Notes under the pieces: generated by a model
Seen by the model: only the letters and a program-made list of their open reading frames with translations
Databases searched by the model: none
Told to the model about the DNA's origin: nothing
Source: Glaucostegus cemiculus
Taxonomy: Eukaryota
Length of the DNA stretch: 64,000 bases
Direction of reading: 5' to 3'
Assembly: GCA_976551045.1 (NCBI GenBank)
Contig: CDPCPM010000281.1
Coordinates: 186,001-250,000, forward strand
In this document: positions 43,670-57,492 of the stretch, piece after piece
How positions within the stretch are numbered: position 1 is the first letter of the stretch
Layout of the letters: the number at the start of each line of letters is the position of its first letter
Made by a program: the position numbers and the translations under genes

Positions 43670-44660
43670 AAAGGGGAGAATGCTGACAGTACTCGGCAAG
43701 TCAGGCAGCAACTTTGGATAATCAGAACTGGAAAAGTTAAGTGAAAAGAAAGCAGGAAGGAACAGAAGAATTTGTGATCAGCTGGATGTCGAAGGATTAA
43801 TTGGTTAAAGGAAAGATGGAGCAGGACACAATTAGTGAAGTGATAATAGAAATGGAAAAGAAAGAAAAGATGGGTCCAGAGGAGGTATAACAGCAATAGA
43901 GAATCATTATCTGAAATTGATGAAGTCTGTGCTAATTCCTGAAGACTATAACGTGCCTGGTTGGAAGATGTGCTGCTGCTTGTATAAGAACAGAAAATGC
44001 TGGTCATTACTCTTAAACAATAAATCTTTTCACTCCACAGATGCTGGCTGACCCACTAGTTTTTTTTAGGCATTTTCTGTTTTGTTTCATGTTTCCAGTA
44101 TCTGTGTTTTTTCCTTTTTATATTGCTATTCTGCACACTTCTGTGGAGTTTCATTGGAATAATGTAGGATGCCAAGAACCGAAGTGACAGTGGGGGATGA
44201 ATGTAGAATTCAAATGACAGGTGATCAGAAGCTGAAGATTACAATTGCATACTGAACAAAAGGTATTCTGGGAAGTTACCCAATCAGCATTTGGGATCTC
44301 CATTAATGGAGAAGTTGATAGAAGTTCAGTTAAATCACTTCATCTGGAAGACGTATTTAGCTACCTGGATGGTGAGAAAGCAGAAGGAAATAGGTCAAGT
44401 ATTGCATCTCCTCTGCTTGCACTGGAAGGTGCTCTAGAATAGGGAGGGAAATCTGATGTCACAGACAGAATGGTCACTTTAGAATGCTGGAAGGGGATGA
44501 GATCCAGGGAGATGTGTCAGCATCACAGTTGAGTTACCAGAAATAGTGAAGCTTGATCTTTTGACCATGGAGGCTGGAAAGATAGAAAAGACAAGGGCAG
44601 GAGAAATTATATAATCAGTCTGGTACGGGTGAATCCTCTGATGAGGGGAGAGAAATGTAA
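43670..44660 (-). mobile_element. Penelope-like element remnant (terminal repeats plus decayed GIY-YIG-like region)
   Basis: Terminal-repeat motifs at 43675-43740 and 44020-44110. Minus strand ~44205-44310 resembles the PLE endonuclease segment IGETKRRLGDRFAEH...PVACHFNS, heavily decayed. Confidence 0.6.
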
Positions 44661-45557
44661 CTGAAACACTGGCTTGGAATGGTGGTGCTGCTTTTGCATT
44701 ATCCTTTCAAAGCCTTATTTAAGAGAATGTGAATATGCAACTGAGTAAATCCTCTCACTGAAAGCCTGTATTGTCTGTATTTTTAAAAAATGAACTTAAA
44801 ACACAACTTTATTAAGTTGGAAGTACTTTTGCTGCACACTTGAGGCTAGCTTTTACCTTGGATTTGGTTCCTAAAAACTGAGGATGCTTTTTATCACTTT
44901 CACTGCTATTCCGTTTTGAAGATTGGGCACCCTGAAAACCATATTCAAGTCAGTATGCATCCAAATAGAGCCAGCAATGAAATTTCCCTTGCAGAGGCTA
45001 CATTTGGCTGGTATGCAAGTATGAAGGTCGTGGGTATTTCAGTGCCCTGAATAAATGATTAAATATTGATATTTTGTGTAAATGCATTATCATAATTAAT
45101 CAACCAGTTAAGTGTATGCCTTAATTCTGTTCAGTTTTTTAATTGAAAAACCTTGACTATCTTAGTAGTCACTCTACAGTAGAACATCTACTGACAGTAG
45201 AGCAGGTGTTTGAGCATATATATGAGAAGCTGTGTCATTACTTTTCCTATAAATATTTGTTGGTGGAAGTATAACTGCGCATTCCCTGCTTCTACCATTT
45301 GAACAGATGGTAGTGATGCTGCACCACCAACTACATAATAGCACATTATTGGAAACGGCTGAATAGTCCAAGCCAGTCTGGAGGTTAAAGGTTACACTAG
45401 CCTCACAAAGCAAGTAGATACATCAGAGCTGTAACTATTATTGTAGTGAAATACAAAATTTAATATTGTGTTTAAAAGTGATTTACAAAATTATAGCGTA
45501 TAGATTTTCCGTCAATCTGTCGAATGATCAGGTTATGAAATGCTTTAAATATCATAA

Positions 45558-46073
<516 letters not shown>

Positions 46074-47586
46074 TTTTAATTGGCTGGGGAACGGATGTGT
46101 TACTGCTGTCATGCCTCCATGCTCTGCAGAAACCGCCCATTTGCATCATTTTGAAAGCCTTCTATTGGTACTGCGGTTGCAATGCAGAGTGCAGGCATGT
46201 TTGTTTCGCCTTTCAGGAAAAACAGGTTTTTTGTGTTAATACAGAATTTTTTTCATTTGTCAACATTTCATACTGTATCTGTTTGATCAGTCCTTGAAAA
46301 ATGTGAACAAAGGCCAAAAGAAAATCCTTGCTGAGCCTGGTTCTCTCCAGCTGGTGGCAGTGTGGCACGGTGACATCCCTTTTCATGTCCTTCATAGTGT
46401 ACTTCCGAATTGTGGCTTTAGTTGAAGCATTAGTAATTTTACTTTTTAAAACAAAAAAATAGTTTTGATTGCCATTAGTTTCTGCTGGCCATTATACCAT
46501 ATACTTTTCAAGGGCTGAACCAGTAATCTCACCAGCTGCTAACCAACGTTATATTTGTTTGCCTGAGGCATTTATCTGCTGAAATAGGTATATATGGGGG
46601 GGGGGGGGGGGGAATAAGAGATTTAGATTCTCTTCCATGAGCAGAAAATGAATATAGTGAACAGACTGGAAGTTGGGCTGTGTTTGAAAATGGGACCGTA
46701 TTATAGTCTGGTACAGCATTTGGTATTTATCAACAGCCTCAAACCTGCAATCGTTTAGTGAACACAGGTCAGTTACTCATCTGGCATTAACCCTTTGCTA
46801 CATTATCTGTGAAATATTTAGCCACTAACATGTCCAAAATATGGACACTAGTTAATAGGAGGAATATTAATTTTAATTAATGCATAACAGTGATGCCATA
46901 AGTAAATCGCCAAATAACAGATTAAAGGAAAAACTGCCTTCTGCTAAATATTTTGATTTTTCCCTGCTCCATAATTTTCAGATTTATTCGTTAAGTGCAG
47001 CATACTTTTTTTTGGTGAACCTTCACATGTCCCACTGAGCATGTTATGTGGCTCAAAAATGGTGATGCTGCACAACAGTAAACATGCTCCAAATTTAAGG
47101 TATTTACAAGCTATCATAGAAAATGGTTTTAAACTCTACATATGAGGATTAACAACACATTACCATTACTGAAGCCCATATGTATTGTTCTTAAAACAGT
47201 TTCGATACAGAACACTATTTTTAAATTATACAGATAGTATAATTTTATTTTTAATAAGTAAAAATTAGAGTGTTTTTGTAATAGGCTGTTGTACAATGTG
47301 ATTTGACCTTGGGCACATGTCAGAAAGGAAGTTGCATTGTGCAGGTCTATGAGTTGTACAATAATCTATTGCCACTATGCTGTGAACATTATCGTCCCTT
47401 CTGAAAATACACTGCAGTAAGTAAAACGCTTCCCTAAAATTCAGGTTACATCAGAAAAGTTTTTTTTTAATTGAAGAATGTATGTATCTGTAAATATGTA
47501 GTAAATTGGAATTGCTGAGCTGCTGGCCTAGTTCCTGACTTTTTTTTATACTGAATTTAGGTTCTTTCAACAACAACAAAAAGAAC

Positions 47587-47607
47587 TTAGTGCCATTATT
47601 AGCACCA
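47587..47607 (+). promoter_or_regulatory. 21-nt UTR core, copy 1 (TTAGTGCCATTATTAGCACCA), containing the extended miR-183 site AGTGCCAT
   Basis: Identical copy at 48249-48269. AGTGCCAT is complementary to miR-183-5p nt 2-9. Confidence 0.6.
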
Positions 47608-48248
47608 GTGAGCATGCCTATGACTTTTTAGCATTCTATGTATCACTATTACTACTCTGTAGTATAATGTAACAAGTCTTAATGTGTTAAACAGACAAGA
47701 AAATACATCTGAAAGCTATGCTTGCTTCGCATCCTTCCAGTGCTGACTGACTGGGCAGTAGAAATTTCCATGTATATACTGCATTCCATATAAAAATTAC
47801 ATTTGGTATAAACTTATGTTAAGGTGACATTAAATCTTGCCAATAACCTACTTTTAACTTCATGCTGCATTGTGTAACTTGTCACAGAATAATTTTAGTT
47901 GTCATTACTTTGCCAAAATCAGTAATGTGAATAGGAAGGCGGGTTGGTTAAATGTTTCTGTATGTTTAACTTCAGTGTTACTTGGGCAAAATTTGAATTA
48001 TTCCCCTCATTACCCTATGTGATTGGTTTTAGTTTGGTATTTTAATGCTGGATTCCTGCCCTATAGGTTGATGTTGGCACCCTTCGCTAAGAAATTGCAA
48101 ATTATACTTATTACAAGAGTAAGACTAAGTGCTGAGAATAGAGCATGTTTCTACTTTTGAGAGATGACAGTGTTCACACAGACCATTTATACAGGGTGCT
48201 TGAATGACTTTTTAATATCAAATTTAGCTTTCAGCAAAAAAAATGAAT

Positions 48249-48269
48249 TTAGTGCCATTATTAGCACCA
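48249..48269 (+). promoter_or_regulatory. 21-nt UTR core, copy 2 (miR-183 site)
   Basis: Exact repeat of 47587-47607. Confidence 0.6.
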
Positions 48270-51200
48270 AGGTGCTTAAATGATTTTGCAAGTGGAAACT
48301 CTGGTTTTAAAATTATGGCTATAGTCAATACTGCATAAAGGCAATTCATAAGAGCTCATCCAGTATTGTATACTTTAATATTCAAGAATGGTTTGGTGCG
48401 ATAACTCGTTCACCATTTTCATGTATCCTTATTGTATTAGCACAGGTGATGAGATAATAGGATATACTGACCCTTGTATTTATATATCCATTGGAGGACA
48501 GTAGTGATTAAGATTTTGAGGAACATCCTCTATTCTGTGATTAGCTACACTGTGAAAGAATTGCAAAGTCCATTCAGACATCCATGGCTCAAAATCAGAA
48601 TTTGCTATGCTGTCACAGGCTTATTGGCTTTTAGCTTATTTTACGGCCATGGAAATATTGATGTTTCTTAAACGTGAGGAATGTTTATTTGTAAATTGAA
48701 TTTAAGATTAGAGTTTAGTTGCAATTAAACTTCTGTCACAGTAAAATACATTTTTAAATATAGTGTTGGTTTAGTATTTGTTACAAAAGTCTTTTAATTT
48801 ATCATTCACCGTCATTATTTTAAGTAAACATGTCCCTTATAAAAACAAAAAAAGATCTATTTGTAGTTACTTTTATAGGTCTATAATTGTAATTTTTGGT
48901 CTTGACACGTCATTTGGGAATCTTGCCTGTTGTGCAAAGTTGAGTGTGATCTTTTCAATGCCTTTTACCAGTGCTCTGTGACCAGCTTCTAAAAGGCTTA
49001 TGAGAGTGTGCCAGAATGATTCTCTTCCCATTAGCTGCCCTTTCTTCCCTAAGCAAGAAATACTTTGCTCCCACTTAATTCTCTACCTGATTGCAGGGTA
49101 TGAATCAGAACTACTTCATTAGGAGAATAACTGGCAGCTTGCCATTCAGCATGTTGAAATATTGCACATTATCATGCTATCAATGGATGCAATTTTTTAT
49201 GCAGATTAAGCAGAAAAATGGAGAGTCATATAACCATATTTTTTCCATTTTACTCACTGATATGCTACCTCTGCCCAGTAGATGAATTAGAAATTTAAAT
49301 TGAGCAAAAATGCGGTTAAATATGATTGTAGTGGGATTGTTAAAAATTCATCATGCACAGTGACTGAAAATCTTTCATGTCCCTCGCAGACTTTTCTAAT
49401 TCATTTTTTAAAATGACCCAAGTAGAAGACTTCAGCACTGAGAACAATGATGAATACCGGCATTGATGCACATCATACTCTTTCACTGGGTTCTATTTGC
49501 TGCTCTGAATCCTTGTAGTTTCATACACTAAAACTTAATTACAAAACTGATCTAATCAACTTGCGAGCATTTGCTCTCACTCTCTCTCTCGCACACACAT
49601 GTATAGGCCTTGAGGTCTAAACTTGACCAGGCATATGCCAACTTTCCTTGTTACACAGTCAGACCCACTTATTGTGTAAAGTGCTTTCAAGAATCTGTGT
49701 GATCTACTTTTATCTCCCTGACTTTGCTTTGGAACATAAAATTGTAGAACAGTGTGATGTAATGGTTAATGTCAATGTGTGATAGAGATATACATAGGTT
49801 TGCAAAGAAGAAAATGTCACCCCTTTCATGTGGAAGTTAAGATGAATATGCTGTAATCCAGTTTTCCATTTGGTAAGTTTTTTTTAAACAAAAGACTGAC
49901 TGCTTAACTCTAATTTTAAGTTAAAAATGAAAATTCTCACTGGAAACCTGGTTTTCAGGTAACTTCTGCATTGGTAACAGGTTACAAAAATACTGAATTC
50001 CTTTCTAATGAATTATGTGAATCATATAGTAAAAAAAACTGCACTGAACTAGACACTTCATTTCAAAGTAGAAATCGCCCAAGGTAGCTCTCCAAAATAT
50101 TGACTGCATGTTTTAAGTAGAAGCTAGGTGGTAGTGCAAAATTCTATGACAAAACCAAGAATGGAAAGAAAGCAGCTTAACAAAATAGTCACGCCATGGA
50201 TATTATTTGTTTTGAGAAGCAAGAATAGAAGTGTGCCAAGTGTTGCTTTTTGTAATTGACAGTAATGGCAGGGTTTTTGAAGAAATGGTAGAAGTACAAA
50301 TTAAGAATGTTACAATGTGGCATTGTAACATTGCATTTTATACAGCGACTTCACAATCTTAATTACCTGCAATTTATTTTTACTGCAATGTTTGTGATTG
50401 CCTTTGTTAGTTTTCATACAAGATGTTGGCTGGGAACATTAGGCCTTAAATAATTCTAGGATCGCAGCAAGGCTATGATTGGCTCAATGGATTAATCTTC
50501 TCCAGCAGAAATTGCTGACTTAGATACAGGCACATCTTGGTTTTGGCGAATTTCTCTGGTTATAGGTGCAAACGTCTAGCATACATTTACACAAAGTAGA
50601 AAAATGTACCTCATAATATGTATGATTGATTAATATCTACCACTTATAAATAACCAAGGAAGTAAAACACAATGGTCAAAATATTTGCAGCATTCATTGT
50701 CTATTTCATCATTAAAACATAAAATGCTTACATTCACTATCTGAATGAATATTGTGATCAAGCTCAATAGCTGTGTGTATTCTTTTAATTTACAAATCAG
50801 AATTGCAGTTACCCACATGGATTCCAAATTGGCTGTATGTGGCTTTGGATAATGTATTTGACAGAATGTTTATAAGATCATTTACCTGCATTTCTAGCTG
50901 AGGACAATTTGAAAATGAAGTCATGAATGAAAAAAATAAGCAGGGGAGATGAATAAACATGAGCATCCACCTGTAAGAACTGTCCATTCGTAAAAGTCAG
51001 ACCTAACTTCCAAATTTCTTAGCTCTGCCCATCCAGAACCATTGTAAAGTTTTCCAGACTGCTGCCAATAAGCTTTCTCCTTGAGCTTCGGTTTGCCCCT
51101 TGTCTTGATGCACTGTTAGAGGAACATCAATAATTGTCCAATATTACTGCCCACCAGTCAGGACAGAAGGAAAGGGAGCTCACCAAGAACAACCTAGTGC

Positions 51201-52297
51201 TAAAATCTGTGGAATATTCAACTGTAGGTTATTATGGTATAGTAGTAATCTGTTAACGTGTAGTACTGAGCTATACCCACCGTTGAGGTAGGGAATGACT
51301 ACATGCTGTTTGGTAAGCTAATCTAATGTCCTTAGTTATATAAAATCCTTTTTCTCTTGCTATAGTTGTTGCTGGCTCTGAACAAAAATGAAAAATCACA
51401 GCTCTTACCAGGGGTTCTAAATAAATTAATGCAATTCCAGTTTTTAAAAATATACTATAGACTGCATATAATGAAAGATGGCCTAATGACTTGACATCTT
51501 GTAAATGCATAATTTTATTAACAATTTCTTTGCAGTAAGATATTTATATGGTGTAAAGGGTTAAAGAAAACCACTAAACCCACACAGTACTTGAAAAGGA
51601 TATTTGTACTAAAATGTTCATTACTAACAATGCTATTATCAGAATCCCTTTTGTTTTAGTATGCAACAAAAAATAGTTTAATGTGCATTAGTAATGGATG
51701 AGGGACTGTGAGAAATGTTAATATTGTACATTTTAAATAGCTTGCAGAAATTGTGACAAAAACTTGAGATTTCTAACATAAACATTAAAAATGTTTTAAC
51801 ACTAGTCCCATGGGGTGAAGACAACACATCATGAATGTATAACCTAATCTAACCTAGAGCAACTGGCTGGTTTTAAAAAATCAGCATGTTTGAGCTTCTT
51901 CAACTTTTATCCTTACATTTCTATTCTATTTTGTTGTTTTTCTCTGCCTAATTCTGAATCTTATTTGCACACATGGTAGAAAATTCTGAATTTTAAATTT
52001 TAACAACCAAATCTGCTTTAATCAATTTTTTTAGCAATGTTATTCGAGTTGTTCATAGCTGGTTACCAATAAGTTCCTTCACTTATTGGTATTTCTTTTA
52101 AAAATTGTACAGTAAAAATGTCAGTATTCTGGTAACTTCTGGTTCAACATACATTAGCTCATATAACCTGTATTAATTGTATAGATTGTGAAGTTAAGCT
52201 GTTACCAAGTGTCAGAAAAAGAGAATAGGGTCATATGTAATATTTTGTTTGTAATTATCCTTTGTATCGTTACAAAGGAGATGTTAAAATCAACTGT

Positions 52298-52303
52298 AAT
52301 AAA
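52298..52303 (+). terminator. Probable distal TAOK1 polyadenylation signal AATAAA
   Basis: caactgtAATAAAgtaattttagtaca followed by ttttggtatttgctt. Repeats resume ~300 bp later. Alternative AATAAA hexamers at 50952 and 51420. Confidence 0.6.
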
Positions 52304-52599
52304 GTAATTTTAGTACAATTTTGGTATTTGCTTATTTCAAATGGCTGTGACACTGTTAACTATATTTACTTTATAGGTATTGACACACACCAATGAAATC
52401 ACAAATGAAATCCATTAGATACAACTCTGAACTTCATTTAAACTTGCTCACCAATATTTAGTCATCCAAATTAATGAAGAGATTTTAATTAAATTACAAG
52501 TCATCTACTGAGACACGATTTATTTAACAAAAATTATATCGCAGTGTATAAAAGAATTGGTATTTTATGACTTCTGGAAAATATGAAGACTTTTTGAAA

Positions 52600-53440
52600 A
52601 ACTAAAAAACTACAGATGTTGAAAATCTGAGACAAAGAAAATGCTGGAAACATTAGGCAAATCAGGCAGCATCTGTTGTAAGAGAAATAGTTAATGTTTC
52701 AAGTAAAAGACCTTTCAGAACTGTTGGAAATGTAATGGATGTTTGATGCTAACTTATCTCTGGAGATGGAGAGACAAAGATGAAGTGAAAAATCAGATGA
52801 ACCATGTGAAGGTGAAACAGGGTGGAAATTGGCAGAAAATAATGAAATTTTCACCTTCTGCAAGAGTGCAGACAGCAGCACCAATACAGTCATTAATGTA
52901 CCTGGGCAGGATTCCATGTATCCCACAAAAAATAAATGTAGCTTGGGCCCACCTGTGTTTTCATAACTACACCTTTGATCTGGAGAAAGTGGACTTGAGG
53001 AAGTTGTTCAATGTGAGACTGCATTCAGCTAGGTGAATGATTATGATAGTGGAGGAGCACTGGTTGGGTCTCTGTTCAAGGAAGAAGTGGAGGGCTTGGA
53101 GATCTAGAAGGTGAAGATAAGCCGGTTGAGCTCAGGTAGTTGGAAATTGCCAGAGAGCATTAGAGAGACCATGTTTGCAAATGGGAAGGGACAGGACCAG
53201 GGGAGAAAGGTTGAGATGAAGGCAGGATGAAATGATTTTGGTGGGGCAGGAGCAGCCCTGGACAGTCGTGCCTTTTGCTCTTGGGATGGAGATGCAAGTG
53301 AGTTGGGAAATTATGCTTTGGAGAGATTTCCTGAGGAAATTAGATATGTGCATATAAGACAATGGCCTGATTGGTGGAGGTGTAATGGCTTTATAAGAGG
53401 TATGAGGTGGTGGTGGAGAGCTGTGTTTAGCCTTTCCAAA
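52600..53440 (-). mobile_element. Penelope-like retroelement remnant: RT core plus terminal repeat
   Basis: Minus strand 52982-52938 reads QIKGVVMKTQVGPSY and 52903-52871 reads RYINDCIGAAV (PLE RT motifs GVAMG..GPSYA and RYIDD). Terminal repeat at 52605-52725. Confidence 0.8.
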
Positions 53441-54794
53441 ATTTTATTCACCCTAAAAATGATGTATTTTTAGCTTTTCACAACATGCTTTATAGGTGAA
53501 TATTTCAGTGTTTTGAGTTGTTATAGGTTTTGAAGCCTTGTTTCAGTGTTTAATAGTAACTGTAATTGATTCAGTATGCAGTCAAAATTACTGGGGAACA
53601 AAGTTTTTAATTAAGTGATCTAGGTGTTAATTAAATGTTTGAATAAGTATTAATCATATGGAAATGAAGATTCAGCATTTGAGTTATTAGGGTTTATCAC
53701 GTATGCCTTTTATTCCATGATTTATACAGCTGGTTAGGTATGTTAATAGAAAATGTAACAGTTACAATAAAATGTAAAGAGATGCAATAAGCTAATACTT
53801 AAATTAAAATCTTTCCAAGATCTGCCTATTAATGAATGCAGACAGAATCAAAGTTCCGCTGTCTAGTATTTGGATTTTATATACACAGACAAAAAGTAAA
53901 CCTAATCCATATATCATTGTGCATGAATAATACGATTGCGCACATTAATATTTGCATTTAAACTTTTAAGAAATCCTACATATTGACTAAAAAGCATCTA
54001 ATTATTTGTCAAGTAATGTTTGATGCTGTGTTGCACTAAAACTGTATGGTATAACCTCCTGTGCCATAATAATTCTATGTGGGCATTGGATCGGTATTGG
54101 CACTTCGTACAACATCCATTCTCCTCTTTCCCTCTGGTACTGCGAATTCTTTTTGTGGCCATCCAGTTCTTATCAGATAATCTGATTAACTGTTTCAATT
54201 ATCTTTATAGGCAGTGAGTGAACTCCAGATCATAACCATTGTTATAGAACAAAACACATTTCCTTGCATTTCCCCCTCCCCACATCTTGTATCTTTGGCC
54301 ATTCATTTTAAATCATTGTCTTCCGGTCCTAGTATCATCCACTGATGAGGAACAGCTTGTCTGTATTCAGACCCATGATGTTCCTGGACAACTTTTAATT
54401 CTTTCAGCTTCTTCAGTCCAGTTTTGTGGTTGGACCCCCTCCTTCCTGAATCCTATATATATTCTAGATTATTATTAGCCCAGGATCCCATTTGCTTTGC
54501 TAATTGTTCTGTCAATAATTCCTGCATGTCCCAATTACAAAAATTTGTCGGTCCCTCTCTTGAACTGTGACCAGTGCCACAATCCTTTTAGAGGACTGCT
54601 TTGAATTGCATTCTGACTCTATAAGATTAAGATGCCTTATTCTGGTTTCAAGCCGGAAGAAATTTCCCTGTATCACTCCCTTTATAATTTATCTTTGATA
54701 AGAGATACCCTTAGCTTTTTCAATCTTTGTGCATAGTCATTGTTCCATGGATTGGTTGTTGGGGCCACGGGCAAAAGAGAATGGTTTAGAGAGT

Positions 54795-55145
54795 AAGAGA
54801 TAGAACAGTATAGCACAGGAACAGGCCCTCAAGCCCACAATGTCTGTACCAACCATGACACCAATTTAAACTGCACATGGTTTATAACCCTCCATTCCCC
54901 TGCTTGTTTCTGTCTAACCTGCCTCTTTGACAATGCTATCATATCTTCCACCACCTCTCTGACAGCATGTTCCAGGGACCTACCACTTTGTGTATAAAAT
55001 AAAAACTTGCCTCGTAAATCTGCTTTTAAACTTCCCCCTCCTTAGAACTATGTTCTCCAGTATTTGACATTTCCATTCTGGGCTGGTGACATGTGGGGTG
55101 CATGTGAAGACCAGCTGTCTACCCTATCTATACCTCTCATACTTG
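54795..55145 (-). mobile_element. HER1/CR1-like 3' end
   Basis: tagaacagtatagcacaggaacaggccctcaagcccac...ctgtctaccctatctatacctctcat. Confidence 0.75.
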
Positions 55146-55599
55146 TATCAATAACAGTTGTTTAATGTTTTTTGGTTTCAGAAGTTCTCATTTATCTCGT
55201 TCCGATAAGACATTTATTCAAGAAAACGTAAAAGGCATATTTATGACATTTATTCTTTGAAGTATTTAATAGATGTCAAACAATCTTGCTTCACTCCCTA
55301 TTGCACAAAGCTCTTTTTATCAACATTGTTGTTAAGAGTACTGGAATGTGAGCTAGATATGAAGGGAAGGAACAATGAATTGCTAATCATCTTTAGTAGC
55401 CATAAAGGATACTTATGCTTGCTTCACTGTATTCTGTGAGGCTCACTATCAGTAACGAATGTCAGAAATTCTCCCCAGAACATAGGCGAAAATAAACTAC
55501 CTATACCAGAATTGTAGCTTCCCAAGAGTTTGGATTGTAATTATTATTGCCTAGGAGGAGTGCAATGTGGAGGTTAACCAAGACATCAAAACCTGCAAC

Positions 55600-56640
55600 A
55601 ATTCATACTAGATCTTTTGTTAGAGCAATCCCTATAGTCCCACTCTGCTCACCCTCTCCCCAGAGCCCTGCAAATTCTTTCCTGATTCTCATCCAGCTCC
55701 TTTTTGAATGCTGCAATTGGATCTGCCTCCATTAATGTCTCTGGTAGTGCATTCTAAATCCTAAATAGTTGCTGTGTATTATTTTTTCTTAATGTCACTT
55801 TCTTTCTGCCAATCACTTTCATTTTGTGTCTTATGATTCTTGAACCCTCTACCAATATCCTTCTATTTACCTATACCCTTCATGACTTTAAATACCTCTC
55901 TCAGATCCCCTTGCAACTTCTTCAGTTCCAAGGACAATTCCAGCTTCTCCAGGGTATTCACATAACTGAAGTCCCTCATCCCTGGAATCATTTTGGTAAA
56001 AGTTCACCTGTACCTTCTCCAAAACCTTTACACTTTTCCTAAAATATGGCATTCAGAATTTGACAGAATATTCCAGCTGTGGCCAAACCAGATTTAATAA
56101 GTTCCTCTTGTTCTTGTACTCAATACTTATATTTAAAACTCTTAGGATCCCACATACATTTTAACCACTCTCTGGTTTTGCATACACACCCTCAGATTGC
56201 ACTGATTTTTGTTCCTCTTATAAACAAGAGGGCATAATTTTAAATCTCATTCTACAAAAATATAAAGTTTCACACTTCTCGCCATTAAATTTCAACTATC
56301 CATTCCACCAGCATCTGGAAGTCTACATTATTGCCTTCAGGTTAACCATGCCATGCCTCCAAGTTTTGTCATTTGGAAGTCCTGCTCTGTCAAAATCGAT
56401 ATAATGAATACTGGCCCACGGGGAACTCTGCTGTACATTTCCTTCCACTCCAAGAAACAATACGTTACTACTGCCATTGGTTTCCTGTTAATTAGATATT
56501 TTCTATATACCTACTGTTACAGTTCCTGCTATTCCATTGTCTTCTGTATTGATAACAAATCCTATTATGTGGCACCTTATCTCATGCCTTTTGGAAGTCC
56601 TTGTATGTCACATGTCACATCAACTGCATTTCCCTCACTA
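55600..56640 (-). mobile_element. Decayed CR1 LINE
   Basis: cctcatccctggaatcattttggtaaa; cagaatttgacagaatattccagctgtggcc; atgtggcaccttatctcatgccttttggaagtcc. Confidence 0.7.
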
Positions 56641-56975
56641 GTTCAAAACTTGCTGTTTGCTGTATGGTTTGGATTAACTGCAAGATATAGAAACAAAATA
56701 TTTTGCATATTAATGATCTTTAGCACATACAAATTAATGATTTTTTGTAAACAGTATCAGTATAATAAAAGAAGCTATACAAAAGGTGTAACTTTAAACC
56801 AGTTGTGTACATTTTAGTACTTTGCATTTATCTCTATTCAATTCAGCAAAATGCTTCACATTAATTTTCATAATTGATTAAAATGCATTAAAAATAGATA
56901 TAGCAACTGTCATGTATTTAGAACTAATAATTCCGTTTGTGTTTTCTATTTGGGTGTTGCTACCAAAGGCAATTT

Positions 56976-57492
56976 TCATCTTGTGTATGATCTTTGCCAG
57001 TTAAAAATTTCATGAATATTATGAGAACAAGTGAATTCCTTTTTGAGGGTTGCAATACCTTTTCGTTTATAGGACATTATTGATACTTTTCTTCGATAAG
57101 CACTCTGTGTCCTTTCCTCAGCCTTGAAAAACTCACTGACTGATTTGAAGTATTCGAGTAAAGCTTTGTGGCTCCAGCTGGAGGATCTGCTTGTCAAAAA
57201 GCCACAATGTCCTCCATGTTTAGTTAACAAAAGGAAGAAATAGGGGTTAGTTTCAAATAACTCAAAAGGCACTGAGATCTCTAGATTGCCTCTGCATGGA
57301 TCATCATTGCTACAAATACATAAGAGAGGAACTGCAACCTCGTCCACATCCCTCAGTGGATCATTCTTTTCCCAGTAGGATGTCCAACTCAAATTATTGG
57401 GCTGACAAAACAGCACTTCCTCCATTTCCCTGAGAGTGCAGCTCCTGAATAGCTTATCCATATCTATTATTTCTCCAAGAACTGTGGTGTAC
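56976..57492 (-). CDS. ABHD15: ABHD15 exon 2 ((R)YTTVLGEIIDMDKLFRS...NDPLRDVDEVAVPLLCICSNDDP...GGHCGF...IFNWQRSYTR*)
   Basis: Minus-strand acceptor atttccag|G TAC; 517 nt; phase-compatible with exon 1; C-terminus FNWxRSYTR matches ABHD15. Confidence 0.94.

Larger units (their letters stand above)
46074..52320 (+). other. TAOK1: Putative long TAOK1 3' UTR
   Basis: AT-rich and nearly free of recognisable transposons, unlike the introns. It ends at an AATAAA with upstream TGTA motifs and a downstream T/GT-rich tract. Vertebrate TAOK1 is known for a long 3' UTR. Confidence 0.65.

Noticed and set aside
46596-46612. Poly-G/poly-C runs (also ~16126-16143, 37410-37425, 58877-58890, 60060-60070) as G-quadruplex elements
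   Set aside because: Simple homopolymers recur in both introns and repeats, their length is unreliable in assemblies, and there is no evidence of function.
47600-47607. TAGCACCA equals the miR-29 5' end (a miR-29 8mer site on the minus strand)
   Set aside because: No miR-29 precursor sequence or hairpin follows, and there is no evidence that a minus-strand transcript reaches this far.
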